Source of the DNA: Thalia democratica
Lineage: Eukaryota
DNA: 64,000 nucleotides
Direction: 5' to 3'
Assembly (NCBI GenBank): GCA_965202585.1
Contig: OZ241826.1
Location: forward strand, 91,822,001-91,886,000
Below the pieces are notes generated by a model. That model was not told the origin of the DNA and did not search any database. It was given only the letters and a program-made list of their open reading frames with translations. Positions 24,451 to 38,585 of the stretch are shown one piece after another. Positions within the stretch are counted from its first letter, which is position 1, and each line of letters begins with the position of its first letter. The translations under genes were made by a program, and so were the position numbers.

Positions 24451-27395
24451 CCTTCTTGGTTAAGTTTTCAGGAATTTCAAGTTTAAACGGTTATTTTAAA
24501 CACGTGTGATTTTAAGCTGATTAAAATATCTGAACATAACAATTATTTATAGCTAAATACTCTTTATTAGAACTTATTATTACAGATAAAAGTTCTTTCT
24601 AGATTTATGAACAACAAACTAATTAGTTTTTAGATCTTAATACTTTTTGCGTTTAGAGTCTAATAATTAGAACACTTTACTAAATCTACAAGCTGGTTTC
24701 AAATATGAAATATATTTATGACTTACACTTAAGTGTTTATACTTCATAGTTTTGTTTACTTAGCTAGCTGAAAAAAAGTTGTTATTAGTAGTAGATTTTT
24801 ATATTACTTTAATTAGTGTTTATATTAATTTTCCAGAGTGATAATTTTTACTGATCAGATTTTATGTTTCTGGTAATTTTTTAAACGCTTGTATTTTACT
24901 GTTTAAATTCCGTTTTTCTAAATTTGAAACTTTTCCAGATTAATTTATCTCTCCTTATTTTTTGTTTTTTCTCTTTTTCTTATGATAGGTTAATAAAATG
25001 CATATTATATACATCATAGGTCGTTGTTGTAGCTTTAAATATGAAAATAGTAGCCTATCAATTTAGATTTAATATAAAATCAATATTTGTTTAACTTTTA
25101 TGTAACTTGTTAAAATCATAAATTAATTTTATGATTTTTATAACTTTACTCATTTTATTTCCTCTAACTGAATATCAATTAAGTTTCATAAAAGTCAGCC
25201 GTGCAAAATTGAACCATGCAAAAGTGACAATCGTTAAAGAGTTTCACTTGTCCAAAAATTACGCTTATGTTCATTACTTTACATTTAAATACATGTAATT
25301 ATAATAATTTTCTTAGTGAATAAAGACAGTATTTCAAGACATAATTTTTACAGCATTTTTTATAGCAACTTAGTCGTATTTTTAGTTTAAATTAGTTAAT
25401 TTAGTTTAAAAAACAGGTTGTTAAAAAAAATTTCTTGAATTAAATACAGTTTTGTTTTAATCATACATATTGAAATTTTATACTTAGAAACTTAAACAAT
25501 TCATCAATTAAATTATAACCAAAATAACAAAATTTGTTTCTTTATCATATTAAGATCATTACTTGGCATTAACTAAACACAATAAAAACGTCTATAATAA
25601 AAACTTAAAATGAAAGAACTTAATGTATAGAAAGAAGGTGAAATTTCACTTTAAAAAGTGCTTTTTAAATAAAAAATACTTCCTTACAGCTGACATTTTT
25701 CAATAAATCAAGTAAAAACGTTTATAATTTTGTTTCCTGTTTTAGTTAGTAAAAAAAACATTTAATGGTAAAACTAGAACCAAAAGAAAATGTATATCAG
25801 TACTTAATACTTACTAATACTACATGAAATTTTTGTTTTAAAACGAAGGTTTACAATACAGACAACATTTATTTTTTCATTCTACTCGCAAAAAATGTTG
25901 TGAATGATTAGCATACATACGTAAAATATCTTAAGTTATGAAAAGTATTTTAGTTTGCACGTAAAACTAGTTAAGTTTATTTATTAGTACACACTTTAAG
26001 AAAATACTATTAACTTTGAATAGCTTAAAGGAATTCAGAACGTTAGATTAAATAGTTAATACATTTTTGTAGCCAAGTTTATTTCTTTCGGTACGTTTTA
26101 CGCAATGAGATAAGATTACAGAAGTGAACTCAATCATCAGACCCGCGGAATTAAATCTTTGCAAAATTTAAACTGAATAAGTTTGATAACCAGGTAAATG
26201 TTGTGCGAATAAGGTAAAGTTAAAAAGCTCTAGCCCGTCGAAAAGTTTTTTTTTCTGGGTTACACCTTAATAACCCTTAGATTGACGTATTTTAGGTTAA
26301 GTTATGGAATTACTTCAGTCTTTAAGTCTTCTTCAACAACAACTATTAATTCTATTTCAGGTACTTTAAGAGTTGCTTTATATAAAAAGTAGTTATTATA
26401 TCTGAAATGAATCTAGTTAAGATAAAACTAAATTTAACGCTTTTCAAAAAACCTTGAAAGGATTCAATTTCGAGAAAAACTAATTTAACTTAAATAACTA
26501 ACGCAAAATAATTAGAATTTTTCATAATAACTTAGTTTAGTACAAGCAAATAAACAATATATTACAAGTTTCTATGGTTGTGTAATATTAATAATGCGTA
26601 AAACAAAATATTTTATTATTGACTTTATACATTGTAGGTTTACTCTTGAAAAATTAGTAGACAGAAGTGTCGAAAATGTTGTTTTTTTTAGTATGAAGCA
26701 AAATCAAAATAGTAAACAATTTTTTTAACTTAAAAACCACAGTAGCTGAAAGTTTTAGTTTTAAATGTGTTTAAAAAGAAATCAGTATAGTTGAAAGGAT
26801 GTTTAAATATATTTATTAGTCGCCAGGTTTTTTGTAATCAACATTTAAAGACTTTTTTTGTTTTTAAAGTTATTTTAACTCTCACTTAAGATAATTTGAC
26901 ACGTGTTTTATCATTAACTAGTTTTGATCAATTTAAATTAAAGTTACTAACTAATTTAACGAAATTATTCTCAAAAAACTAGATTTTTTGTCGTTTTTTT
27001 AAAACTTTATAGCTGTTTGAAAATATTTTTAAACTGTTTTTATATACACTAACTTGCTTACAGAAATATTAAATTTAAACCTCAAAAAAACAAACTGAGA
27101 CGATTTATTTTTAAAAAGTGGCATAGTTTATCAACAATACCTAATATATACGTTATAAGTAAAAAATAATAAAATTGTTAATTGCTCTAAACTGACAAGA
27201 GAGAATTCTCAACTCATGTAGCTACATAGAAATGAATAAAATTCTATTTTTGCAGATTGTTAAAAACAACACAATATTCAGTCATATAGCAAACTATAAG
27301 CAACTTCAGTTGTTGAACAACTCTTATTCAAATTAAAAACCTTATAAGTTATAATAGTTGAACAGTTCTTATTACTTTTGAAAAACTTTAAAAGT

Positions 27396-27822
27396 TCACA
27401 AACTCGACGAAGCGTTCGTCTGACTTCTTGCTTCTGCGGTTCTGCTAATTGGCGTTGTGTGCGACTGAACTGACATCCTCTGCAGGGAAATCCCCTTGTT
27501 AGTGCCAAAAAATCCCGCCTTAATCCTCTTCAACGACCGCTTGAAGTCTTGGTCGCGGCTCTGGTATATGAAGAAGTTCCAGAAGGAATTGTAGAAAAGG
27601 ACCACGTTGGCCGCGTGGGAAAACCCCTTGAACAGGCCGTAGTTGGACTGGCTGAAGTTGCTCAGGTCGGCAGTGTCGAGGGAAGGGTCGAAGATGAAAA
27701 GCATGTTGGAGATGATCATGAGGATGATGGTGGAAGTGAACGCGGATATCATTATGAGAAGCGTCTTGGCCACCCTGACTTCGGTGCGGGCCGATCTCGA
27801 CACATTGTTTGACTTCATTTCC
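27396..27822 (-). CDS. Class A (rhodopsin-like) GPCR, exon 4 (TM6, TM7, tail)
   Basis: VAKTLLIMISAFTSTIILMII (TM6), ANVVLFYNSFWNFFIY (TM7, NPxxY variant). Acceptor AACAACAG, stop at 27396. Confidence 0.88.
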
Positions 27823-28069
27823 CTGTTGTTTATATATTTTAGATTGTCTATCAAATTTAATTTTATTTTGTATTAGAACTTTATTTTAATTTCTTTAATA
27901 GTTATTTTTTATTAAAGTAACTAGTAAACTTGACAAGGTAATTTTTACTAAGTTTAAACAGTTAAAAAGTATTTTTTTACTACTTGATTATTTTCAAAGG
28001 ACACCATTATAATCAAAACTATCTACATTCAAGTCACTTATACTATAAAGTACCTGTAGTAACACTCAC

Positions 28070-28708
28070 CTGTTGTGAAAGTACAGGACCACCAGCACCA
28101 CCAAGCTGTTGACCAGCATCAGGCCCAACGAGACGAAGTTGGTCACTAGGGTGTGCACCCGAGCCGTCTTCTCATCAACGAGCATGAAGTAGGGACTGGT
28201 GATCACGGACGCCTTCGAGCTGAGTACCCCGGCCACGAGGTTGCAAGTTGAAATAACCCACACAAGGACGCAAGCAGTCATTGTGACGTAACACTTGCTG
28301 CTTTTGACGTAGCGCGCCGGGAAGAGGGTGGCGAAGAGGCGGTCGAAGCTGGCGGCGATCAGCGTGAATATGGACACCAGGAACGACAACCAGCTGACGA
28401 AGCCGGTGAAAATCAGGAAACTATCCACTTCTTCCAAGGTCAACGCGGTCTGGTCGTCGAGCGAGAAATTTTCTCCGCTGGCGGTAGCTCTTTTGTTCAG
28501 TCTTTCCGTTGCAAAGTAAATGGCAGGAATGAAAGCAAACACGCCCAGCATAAGATCGGCAACAGCTAGGTTGATTCTGTAAAGATGTTGTGGAGTTTTC
28601 ATTTTAGGGTTTTTCCCAAATATGTACAATGCAATGGAGTTGAGAGTAATTATTGCAAGAGCAGATACAAAGTGAAAAAAATGCAGGAAGTAAGTGCTGC
28701 CCGTGCAT
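28070..28708 (-). CDS. Class A GPCR, exon 3 (TM1-TM5)
   Basis: NSIALYIF (TM1), NLAVADLMLG (TM2), AASFDRLFA (TM3, DRY variant DRL), VLVWVIS (TM4 Trp), TM5. Acceptor ATTACAG, donor GTGAGT, 639 nt with consistent phases. Confidence 0.9.
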
Positions 28709-28941
28709 CTGTAATTTATGTATTTTTATAGAAAATAAAAATGATTTTCCATTGTAATATTTTTTAAGACTAACATATACATAATTCAACCTAACACCAT
28801 TAAAGCTTAAAAATAAGTATATTACTTTTCCCAAAAAACAAAAAAAAGTAGTAATTAAACTAAAAAATCTTCTGTTAAACAACTAATATAACAATCAGTA
28901 ATAAACAAAAAATATAGTTGGTATCTATAAACAAAACTAAC

Positions 28942-29401
28942 AAAGATGAAGCACACACTGAAGCAGAAAGCTTATCCATGTTATCTAAATCTGCTCCACA
29001 CCAAATGTACTCACAAAATGGAAAGTAAAGTTCCTTGACTTCTGCAAATTTTCCAGCACTGCTGCCATTGTTGTTCATCAGAACTTTGTCGTACAATGCT
29101 GCTTGGTAGCAAGGTTTCTGCAATTCTTCTTTACTGAGTATACCAAGAGCCAAAACCGCAGTACTCCAGTTTTGTTTCGCGCCTATTTCTTCACTACACT
29201 TATGTATTAATGCATTTTTGTCGCAGTGGCGATCATATACGAGTTCAGTGAATTTGCTGAGTTGAAAGTATCTTGCTTTACATTCAACGCTCAATTGCTC
29301 ATTGCAGCTCAGGTCACCAAGAAACTCTAGGTAGCTCGTCAGGAAGTTTTTTGACTTGTCCAAATTGGAATGGAAAATACGGCTTGTTCTTTCACATGCG
29401 T
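28942..29401 (-). CDS. Class A GPCR, exon 2 (Cys-rich extracellular domain)
   Basis: Open 460-nt exon between acceptor TTTACAG and donor GTTAGT. Phase 1 in and phase 2 out join exons 1 and 3 in frame. Confidence 0.75.
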
Positions 29402-30237
29402 CTGTAAATTGTAGTTTGAAATGCTAAGTATTTATAAGCTTTTTGTGTTTAAATTGCAAAAGGTAAAACAATATTTTTTTGTATACATTTTATAAGTCCT
29501 TAAAGAATGAGAGAGCTAAAAATATAGTTAATAATAAAAGCTAAGTAAGTTATTTTGATTTTTGTTTAAAAAGTATGAAAATGAATGGGAAAAGTTTAAA
29601 TTAAACTTTAAGTTAGAGTAAGTTTTTGATAAAATTTGTTTAAATTAAAAAAACAATTGAGCAACTAATGACTTCAAAACTGAACAGTTAGTTTCTGATT
29701 AAATATTAATAAGTACATGCGTACTCCAAAATATATTTCAACGCAAAATGTTAAAAGATGTTAGTTGGTTTTTTGAACTATTCGTTTTTTTAGACTGTGA
29801 AGTACTGTAAAAACTTTTATACAAAACTAGTTTTAATTTCTTCAATATTTTTTTTCATTCAAACATTAAAAAAATTAAACACCTAGACTTTATATTGTTA
29901 CAATACAAGATTCTAAGCTACATAAAGCGTAAACTAACTAAATAAAGTTGGTTTTTTCTACTATTTTAGATTTTTATTGATTAAAATCATTAAAAGAAAT
30001 ACGTTTTGGGATTTTGTCTATGAACACTTTAAAAACCGTACTTAGTTTAATAAATTTTTGTTGATTTGTTAAATTAATTTTTTCTATGTACTTTTTTAAA
30101 CAAAGAATGACATTCTTAGAATTTTAGCGTCATAAAATACTTTCAAAATGATATATTTTAAATCAAAGTTGAGTAGAAAAAATTAAAAAAAAAACTCATT
30201 GGGCTAATCATTTTACAGTAAAACTAGTTTAATTAAC

Positions 30238-30337
30238 CGTATGTTGAAACTGTTTGGTTTGCATCGCAAAAACTGATGTTGACAATGAAAGAAATTAGCT
30301 GAATGATCACCAAAAAGTTCTTGAAGTCTTCAAACAT
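30238..30337 (-). CDS. Class A GPCR, exon 1 (signal peptide)
   Basis: MFEDFKNFLVIIQLISFIVNISFCDANQTVSTY, donor G|GTTAAT phase 1. Total CDS 1626 nt = 541 aa. Confidence 0.7.
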
Positions 30338-32589
30338 GTTGGTATACATAAAATTAAAGCTGATAAACTGCAACAAACAAATAAGCTTAACACACTAAAC
30401 GTTAATGATATGTGCGACTTAGGTGTTAAAATTATATTGTAATTAGGCCTAATACGAAAATGGTTATCATATTTCAGAAAAGTATTATTAAAGGAAGTAT
30501 AAATGATAATTGATGGTTAAACCTTTAAGTTATGTTAATTTTACTTGAAAAAAAATATAAACAAAGCTGTTTAAGAAAAAAATACTTTTAAATTTTTAAA
30601 GGTTTGCTAAAAAATACGAAATTTGTTTTAGTTTAAAATAATACATGACTTTACTTTTTTAATAAAAAACTAAACGTTTCAAAGAAACATATAAACTTTT
30701 AAACTCACTTGTGGTAAAATAAAAATGATTCAAATAAAAATGAAAATATGACCTACTACTGTTTACAGATTAAAAAGTGTGACATTGATGATTCATAAAA
30801 AAGTCGACGTTTTTGTTGTAAAATTATGTAAACTTGTGTAATTCATTCATGGTTAATCAAGTTTCTTATATTTACAATGCTTACAAAGTTTATTTAAAAT
30901 TTTTACTAAAAGATAAAAAAGCTACATAACTTTTAGCTCAACTGGAGCCGACTTATGTAAAAATGTTCGATTTTTTATTACCTTGAGCCAATTTAAAATA
31001 GCTTCGTTGGTGCTTTCTCAAATAAAACCTTTATACAGATAAACATGTGTATTTATAAACCACAAATGATTTTTTAACGTTTTATTTTGTTATAGTCTAG
31101 TAATGGATAAAAGTTATTTTATATTTACAAAAACATTTAGGTTATCTCTTTCTAAAAAATATCGTTAATTCTATTGTACCTGAACTACTTATAAATAAAA
31201 ATAGCATTTACTAAATCTTAAAGAAAAAAAAAATAATTTTTAGAAATACATTCGATAAAACTGTTAATATATATTAATAAGATTAGTTTGTTAGTATGCA
31301 TAGTCATCAAAAAAATTTTTATATTTAAAGTTTTCGGTTCAAACAAAAATATATAACAAAGTCTTTTGCGTTAAAATTACTGAAGGTATTTCAATGATCA
31401 GTATTCCTTTTAAAAATAAAAAAAAAAAAAAAAAAAAAAAATAACACCGAGAAATACTTTAATGTAACTTCAATATATTTTACAAACTAGAGTTGTTCAC
31501 CAAGGATACTTCAATTTAAACAATCTAGTAGCATGATTATGTTGTTAGCACCTTTTCAAGTGTTTAGTAACAAACTTATCGTACTCGCTTGTAAGAAAAA
31601 AATGTTTTATGCTTAAAATATAAATGAAATAAAGCTTTGTTTTACTGTTAGTTGTACAAATCTCGTATTTACATATTAGATTCACGAAAAAACTTATTAA
31701 AACTATTGTCAATAAGTAGCGTAAAAACTTAAAGTTAAAACAAGTGTTTCACCTGCCTTATAAATTTGAATGAATGTTGTACTAAATCACAAACGTGAAA
31801 AACTACATTGTTGAAAATTATCGTTTTGTTTTACAATAAAAAAGGCGATATGTATAGAAATTTACATTTTTCACTTATAAAAGTCATTTAGTTTTTAAAA
31901 CGCGTCTAAGGATATTTTAAAAACAAACTTTTCTAAATTCATTTAATACGTAAAAAGATATGCTTAATGTTATCATTAATACATTATATTATGTTACATT
32001 GTACAGTTAACTTAATTTGTAACTTATGTTTGTTATGTAAGTTTAAACACGTTTAAGAAACAATTGAAAAACGATTAATAAATGCTTCAAATGTAATGAG
32101 AGTTGAAAAGTGTTTATTGTTTATTAACACAATTTTTAGTTCATAATCTTTACAAATTGCTTATTGTGTCGCAATATGTTTCCAGACACAAGGAAACACC
32201 AAGATTGTATTTGCATAAACATTTTTATTTTGTAAACTAATATCCACGTTAAAAGCCATTCCAGAAAATTAAACACTTTCCCATCGACAGAAAAAACATT
32301 TTTAAAAGTTTTAATACAAAATTAAGTTAAATTATTTTAAGTAAATTTTTGTAGACTAGATTAAAACAGTTTTTGCAAGTCACTAAAAAATTAACGTCAT
32401 ATAGTCGTTTAAAAACATTATTTAAAATTTATGTACTTTATATAAAGTAAACATTTTTTTTTTCATAATACACACAAATTTTTTACAGTTGTTTAAAGAC
32501 TTGAGCTAAAGCAATACACATATAATTCCGATTTACCGAAAAATATCCTGTTATATAAGATTGAATTTGCTCGAAATCTCAGACTTTGG

Positions 32590-32740
32590 AATTTCGATTT
32601 GAGTTTCACGAGGCGCCGCTTGACAAGTTTTACTGCCTTCATCATCTGCGTAAAAATTCGCAAAATGTTATTGCTGACGTCACACTTTACTGCCTTTGTT
32701 CAAACGCTTAATGAACTTTATGGGATTTCAGGTAGAATTA
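32590..32740. promoter_or_regulatory. Candidate enhancer between the GPCR and Evx
   Basis: GC-richer non-coding island with TGACGTCACACT (32675) and two TTTACTGCCTT copies. These motifs recur in the other Evx-upstream islands. Confidence 0.35.
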
Positions 32741-33810
32741 GGTTCGTGTTTGATAAACAATTTTGACTGTGAATTTGTTTAGGTTATGTAACAGTTGTAG
32801 TGCACATCTGAGCTACGAATTAAAAACAATACAAATAGTAAGTTGCTTTGAGACATTAAAAGCCGGGTACGTTATAAACAGTTTTCATTAATGTAAAAGC
32901 TATAATCATACATAAAAAGTTAGTTTATACCATAAAATTTAGTTTCAAAATTGAGAAGGCAAAACTAAATCAATTTACGTACTTGTTACTTGAAAATTTT
33001 TTGAAAAACTTGTCCAAAATTTATTATTTAATGTCTATAAAGAATATTACTTCATTTATTAATTTGAAAAAAATTGTAAACTATTGAAAAAGCTAACAAC
33101 ATGTGTAAGGAAAAACACATTTTAATAAAACAAAACACATTAAAATAAGTTTATTAATAAATAAATAATTTACCTTTTAGTTAAAAGTATTGAAAACTTA
33201 AAAAATTATTGATGATGAAAATATAAAATAAAAAGCTAACTCTTAACACATTAAAAAAGTACAACTTCTATATTTGGTGTTACTTATTATAAAGTTTAAA
33301 AACTTAAACTGTTATGAGAAAACAAACTATTATTTGAAGGATTGAATTAAAACTTTAAAGCTTAACCTTCAAAGTTAGTTTAAGTATGTAAATGTTTAAA
33401 ATAACAAGTTTTGTTAAGTTATTTTAAACTTTAGACAACCACAACAGTTGATAACAATGCAAAACCTTAAAGAACTTTAAAATACAAAGCAAAAAGAAAT
33501 TTGAAAGTCCTAAGTAGGCACACTTGTTTACTGTTATATAAACACTTTCTAATTAGAAATATAACTTGGGTGTCAAATTTTTATTTGAGTATTTAGATGT
33601 TTAAATATAGTTCTACTTAATTCTATTTGGTACTAAAAATAGGTTTAGTATTTCCGGCTTGGCTGCCTCGGATAAAACTTTAGCTGCAATTTGATAAATG
33701 AGGTCGTTAAAATTTCAAATAAAGCGGTAAACCAACACACTTAAGTTTATAATTATAATTTTAATTAACAGCACAAGCTACAATGCGAGCGCACCACCCA
33801 CAGTCAATTA

Positions 33811-34090
33811 TCAATCAAGCAACGCTCAACACCGTCTTTATGATGTCACACTTGTTATCAGCTGGCTTCTGTTGCTAAGCGCGTGCCTTATGTCGTTAGG
33901 CACGAAAAAGATGCAGTTTTAAAGGCAATCAGAGATAAAAATTGACATTTGTGCATGTTGCAAATTGAAATCAAATCGATGGAAATATCAAAATCAACTC
34001 CATGAACGCATTGTGGGAAGACGGCATGTTTTTTATTGCCGACGTGTTTATATAAATACCCTTCCCATCAGTTTCGACACCATAAAGTCT
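33811..34090. promoter_or_regulatory. Candidate enhancer, partly duplicated at 46054-46158
   Basis: TGATGTCACACT, TGTTATCAGCT and AAGCGCGTGCCTTATGT are shared with the second copy. Su(H)/RBPJ-type TGTGGGAA at 34012. Confidence 0.45.
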
Positions 34091-35705
34091 GCATGTCTGC
34101 TTTAGAGTTAACACTTTGTTTTTAGATTAAAAAAAATACTGAATTTTCGTTTCAACTCCCGCTGCATTGCTAATAAAAGGTAAATTTGCAGTTTTAGATT
34201 GTAGTAGGAAAAATAAAATGAGCTGAGATTGAGTGTTTGTAACTTTCAAACAAATTGCCAACAAATTTATAGTTATTTTTCTGATTGAAACCTTACTTAA
34301 GTAATAAATGCTATTTAAAGACAAAACTTAGTCATGTTGCATTTAGCATACTTGAAAAAAGGTGAACCAAAAGCTATTGAAAAGCTAATACAAAAAAGAT
34401 AAAAGTTACGTTTTTATTTAAAAGCAGTTCAGTTTTACATTTTATAACTTCAACCAAAATAGCAACTTTCAAGTTTAATGGTAGTTTAATTGCAAAAAAG
34501 TTTATAGTTTTCAAGTGTAATTTAAACGATTAAAACGTATTTACATTATTTTTGGCCTATATTTACTGTAGACTTTTTCACATACTTCTATAAATAATAT
34601 ATTCGAGAAAATAGTTTAGTATGTAAGTGAAAGCGTCAAGTGCAGTCTGTATTTTTGTTAAAGTTCTTTAACTGGTAAAAGCTAGCGGCAATGTTTTGTT
34701 TTTGCTTTTTTATGCTGTGTTAAAACTTCTAGAAGTACTTGTAAAAATAACATAACAGAATAATAATAGTTGTAAAGTTGAGCATATTATACATAAGAAA
34801 GTTAAGGTATAATTTAGTAGAAGGTGAAATTTTGAAATTACTATGACAAACTCACTATGTAGTTATGACAGTCTAAGCAAGTTTTTTTGCAGGAATTGAA
34901 GTTTCAATCCAATTTGTTATAACAGTTGGAAATTATTATTTTCAAGTAGTAATTTTTAAAAACAACTTGTTTTAACAATTAATGACTAACTTAAATTTAA
35001 ATCACTTGATGCGTATACAAGCTAGTTAGTTTATAATGTAAGCTAATATTTTTAGACATTTATTAGTCGAGCTTTAATGCTAACATCTTATATTTTACAG
35101 TATCAAAATCTAAAAGTTGTTAAAAAAAGTTTCTGAGGTTATGTTATGTACTACTTAGATATGTGTAGAACCTAAAAAAATTTTTTTTGAAACTATAAAA
35201 AACAGTACGTGTATTTGCATGTTTTATAAGGCAAAACTTTTATGTCTAAAAATATGTTTAACGTTTTAAATATCTTCTTTGCTTATTTAAGAGAAATATT
35301 ATTACAATTTTTTTTCGAACAATAAGATAAATACTAAGATTTTTAAGATCAGTTTTATATTTTACTACGTCTAAAAAACATACAAAATATTTTACTCCAT
35401 TCTGGTGATAAAATTCAGAAGTAACTTAATACATTTTTTATACCTAAAATTCCAAGTCTATTCAGTTTTCCTACTTTATGATCAAAGTCTATATTGCAAA
35501 AAATTGGCTTATTAAAGGTAAAATTTTTAAAGGAAACTAGGTAACAAACAATTATAAAAGTTAAACAACTATAAATAAAATTGTTTATCTTAATCTTAAA
35601 ACTGTTTTTTTTTTACGTTAAAACTAACTAGCTAAAATGAGTTCAAAAAGTTATTAAGCATTTTTTAACGTGACCTTGAATTGACATTTGTATTGCATAT
35701 ATAAC

Positions 35706-36030
35706 TTTGCGTTATGGATTAAATCACCGTAAAGTTTTATAGCTGTCCAAAAAAAGACAGTTTCTTGTTCGAGACTGGAAAACAGTTTCACGTCGAAAGT
35801 TCACAAAATATACGCGAAATTTACGAAATCATCATTTTTACAGCCCAACACAATTTGCTCGCCATTAAACGCTTTTCAATTTTATGGAATTGAAGATTTG
35901 TTGACGGTCGGTGGCTGCTTTTACTACTACAGCCATTATTAATATGAAAGCGTATAAAATTTTACGGCCTGGTACAAAAACATAACTCGCTTGTGTTGTG
36001 AGCAGTCAGTGTTGTGTATCACTTTCTTTT
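35706..36030. promoter_or_regulatory. Candidate enhancer, weakly duplicated at 47310-47430
   Basis: GC-richer island. TTTGCGTTATGGATTA and GTCGAAAGTTCAC have collinear matches downstream. TTTTACGG at 35960. Confidence 0.35.
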
Positions 36031-38585
36031 TATTTTTTGTTGGCAAATAAATACAGTCAAAAGCTTAGTTTTAAGATTTAAAGTTGAAGTTCTTTTCATT
36101 AAAATCTTCAGGTAGATATATGTATATATACTTTATTACTTGTTAGTTTTTGTTTAAAAGCTTTTCAATGATTGTATAAATATGCTTTTCAAGTTTTGAA
36201 TCTAAAAAATGATTAAAAATCTAAAAGTTCAAACTTTTTACAAAACTTTTAAATTGAACCAACTGTCGATAAAAGTAATATTTTTCTTTGTTATGTATCT
36301 TAATTTTTTTAAACAAACCTGCTAGCTTTAAATTTTTAGAAATTTTTCACCAGCTTCAGAAACTTTAGTTTTTTAACTTTCTATTAAAGAAACTAAAAAG
36401 TTTTTAAATATAAAATTAATACAGTTATATTAACCTTAAAACTATAGAACTATACATAATTAATTTTAACTCTATTAAAACTATTAGTTGTATGATTATA
36501 TATTTAAAATAATATTTATAAGTTCCTTTATAAAACATTTAAAAACTCAGGCTTTAGTTCATTTGTGTAACTTAGCAACGAAATTGTAAACAATTATCTT
36601 TGTAAATGAACAGGTTCATATTTTTTTTCCTATTCCTGAGATATTATAATAATTTTAAAGTTAACATCCGCTAAATTTGATGAAATTTAATACAAGTGTC
36701 TTAAGTACGACTATTTACGAATATAAAAGTAAAAGCAGTGTCGTATGAATTAAAAAATGTTAACAAAACATGCCGACGATTTATAGCTTTGAAACTTTTA
36801 AGTTCTAATCGTCGTTCATATTGGCTATTTTTAACAATTGGAAAATAAAGTTTTAATTTATTTGCAATCATTAACTTTTATTAGTAGCAATTTCTTTTAA
36901 TACAAAGTATCCATTACAGTGAAAGCTATCACCGGAAAAGTATTTATTTTAAGACGAGCTATTACGTTGCACAAATTTAAAAGTTCTAATCAAACTATAA
37001 TGTAAATTTTCATTAGGCTGGTTTAATGGTATTTTCCTTGAATAAATGTTAATGAAGATTAATCGTACACTAATACGATAATCTTTTTTTATCAAAAATT
37101 TTATACAAAACTTAAACTATTATTTCAATACATCCGTTTTTTAAGTTATTTTTACACTTAGAAATAATTCTCAAAGGTTTCTTCTTATTATTTTTTCAAA
37201 AGTTATTTATTGCAAAATTGCTAGCAATATAAACTTCGGTAATTTGAATACAAATATTTTTTTTGTTTAAACTCAATTTAGTTGTTCTGAGACATATTTA
37301 TTATTCTTTTTTTCATGCTCTTTGATCAAAATCTATTCAGCAGTTTACAATCTTGTAGAAGTTGACTTGAAAAACAGTATGTACAACTTTAATTAATAAC
37401 TGTTCAATTAGTCAAACTAAAAATATTAATTTACGCGAAGCATACTATCATAAATTTTAAGAATTGTTAACTACTGCTTAAATAATTTTGTCTTTTTGTA
37501 GCTATAAGTTTTTATTGCTTCGTTATACTTTTCAGCTGTTAATTGTTTTACAGTTTAATTAATCAAGCTACTTTTTTTGTTCAGTACAGTTGCTTTAATT
37601 TTAGATAAGTATGAATTAGAAACCAAAAAGTGTATTAAAAGTACTGAAAATAGAACACAATGTTATATCAGGTTTTTTTAAGAAATCAAAAGAACTATTT
37701 TTTAACAAACTTTGTGTAAATACATAATGCAAAAAGGTTTAAACATTTTTTAAACGTTTTTTAACGTTCAAAAATAGTTTATAAAAAAGTTTAAGTCAAA
37801 AAGTTCTACTTGGCTGTAGCTGTTTTTTGGTAATGATATGAAAAGATTGTTTTAAAAGATCGAGATAAACTTCAAACTATTGAAAAATTGTAAAGTTAAA
37901 CCGGACAAGTATAAGTAACGATATATTACAGACTTGCAACAATATAGTATTTACAACTTTCAACACAGTTGAGCTATTCAGCTTACACTTTACACTTAAA
38001 CATTTATAATGCGATTTAAGATGTAATTTTTTTAAATTTTTTTTCATCTTTCAACAATAAACAATTATAAATCAAGCCTAAGAAAATTTAGTTCTTTGTT
38101 TCAAAACAATTAAATCTAAATTAAAAAGTAAGGGACAGCTTGTATGTTACCATTTAAATTTTATTAGAAATCAAAAGAAACAGGAACTACATTAAGCTTT
38201 ATTAATAAAATAAATTCAACAATTAAATAAAGTAGCTAATTTTTTGTCAGGTAAGGTTTAGAGTTTGTTTAAAAAATAAAATTGCTAATGTTGTTTTATA
38301 TCTTATGTTTATTTTTATTGTTTAAGTAGTAGCTTTGTTGCGTATTTGAAATAAGTGCTTTGTTTTATCTTTGAGTTTTGTTTTTTTTACTTTATTTAAA
38401 ATTTTAAACCTTGTTTCAATTTATACTTTATATATTTGAAAAATAATGTTAATTCCTTATGTTTACTGTTTAGATAAAACGTTGAATTTAGGTGTTTTTG
38501 GGAAAAGTTGTAGGTACATAAAAGTTTTTTTTTTGTTTTGAAAATTGATATGAATTTGTACCTTATGCAAATGTTTTAATTTTAA

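Noticed and set aside
26349-26365. ATTCTATTTCAG|GTAC as a spliced-leader RNA gene
   Set aside because: Only the first 9 nt match the Ciona leader as I recall it, no Sm site or stem-loops are evident, and such a match is expected in AT-rich DNA.
31418-31441. Long A-run as a retroposon tail
   Set aside because: No recognisable body or target-site duplication.
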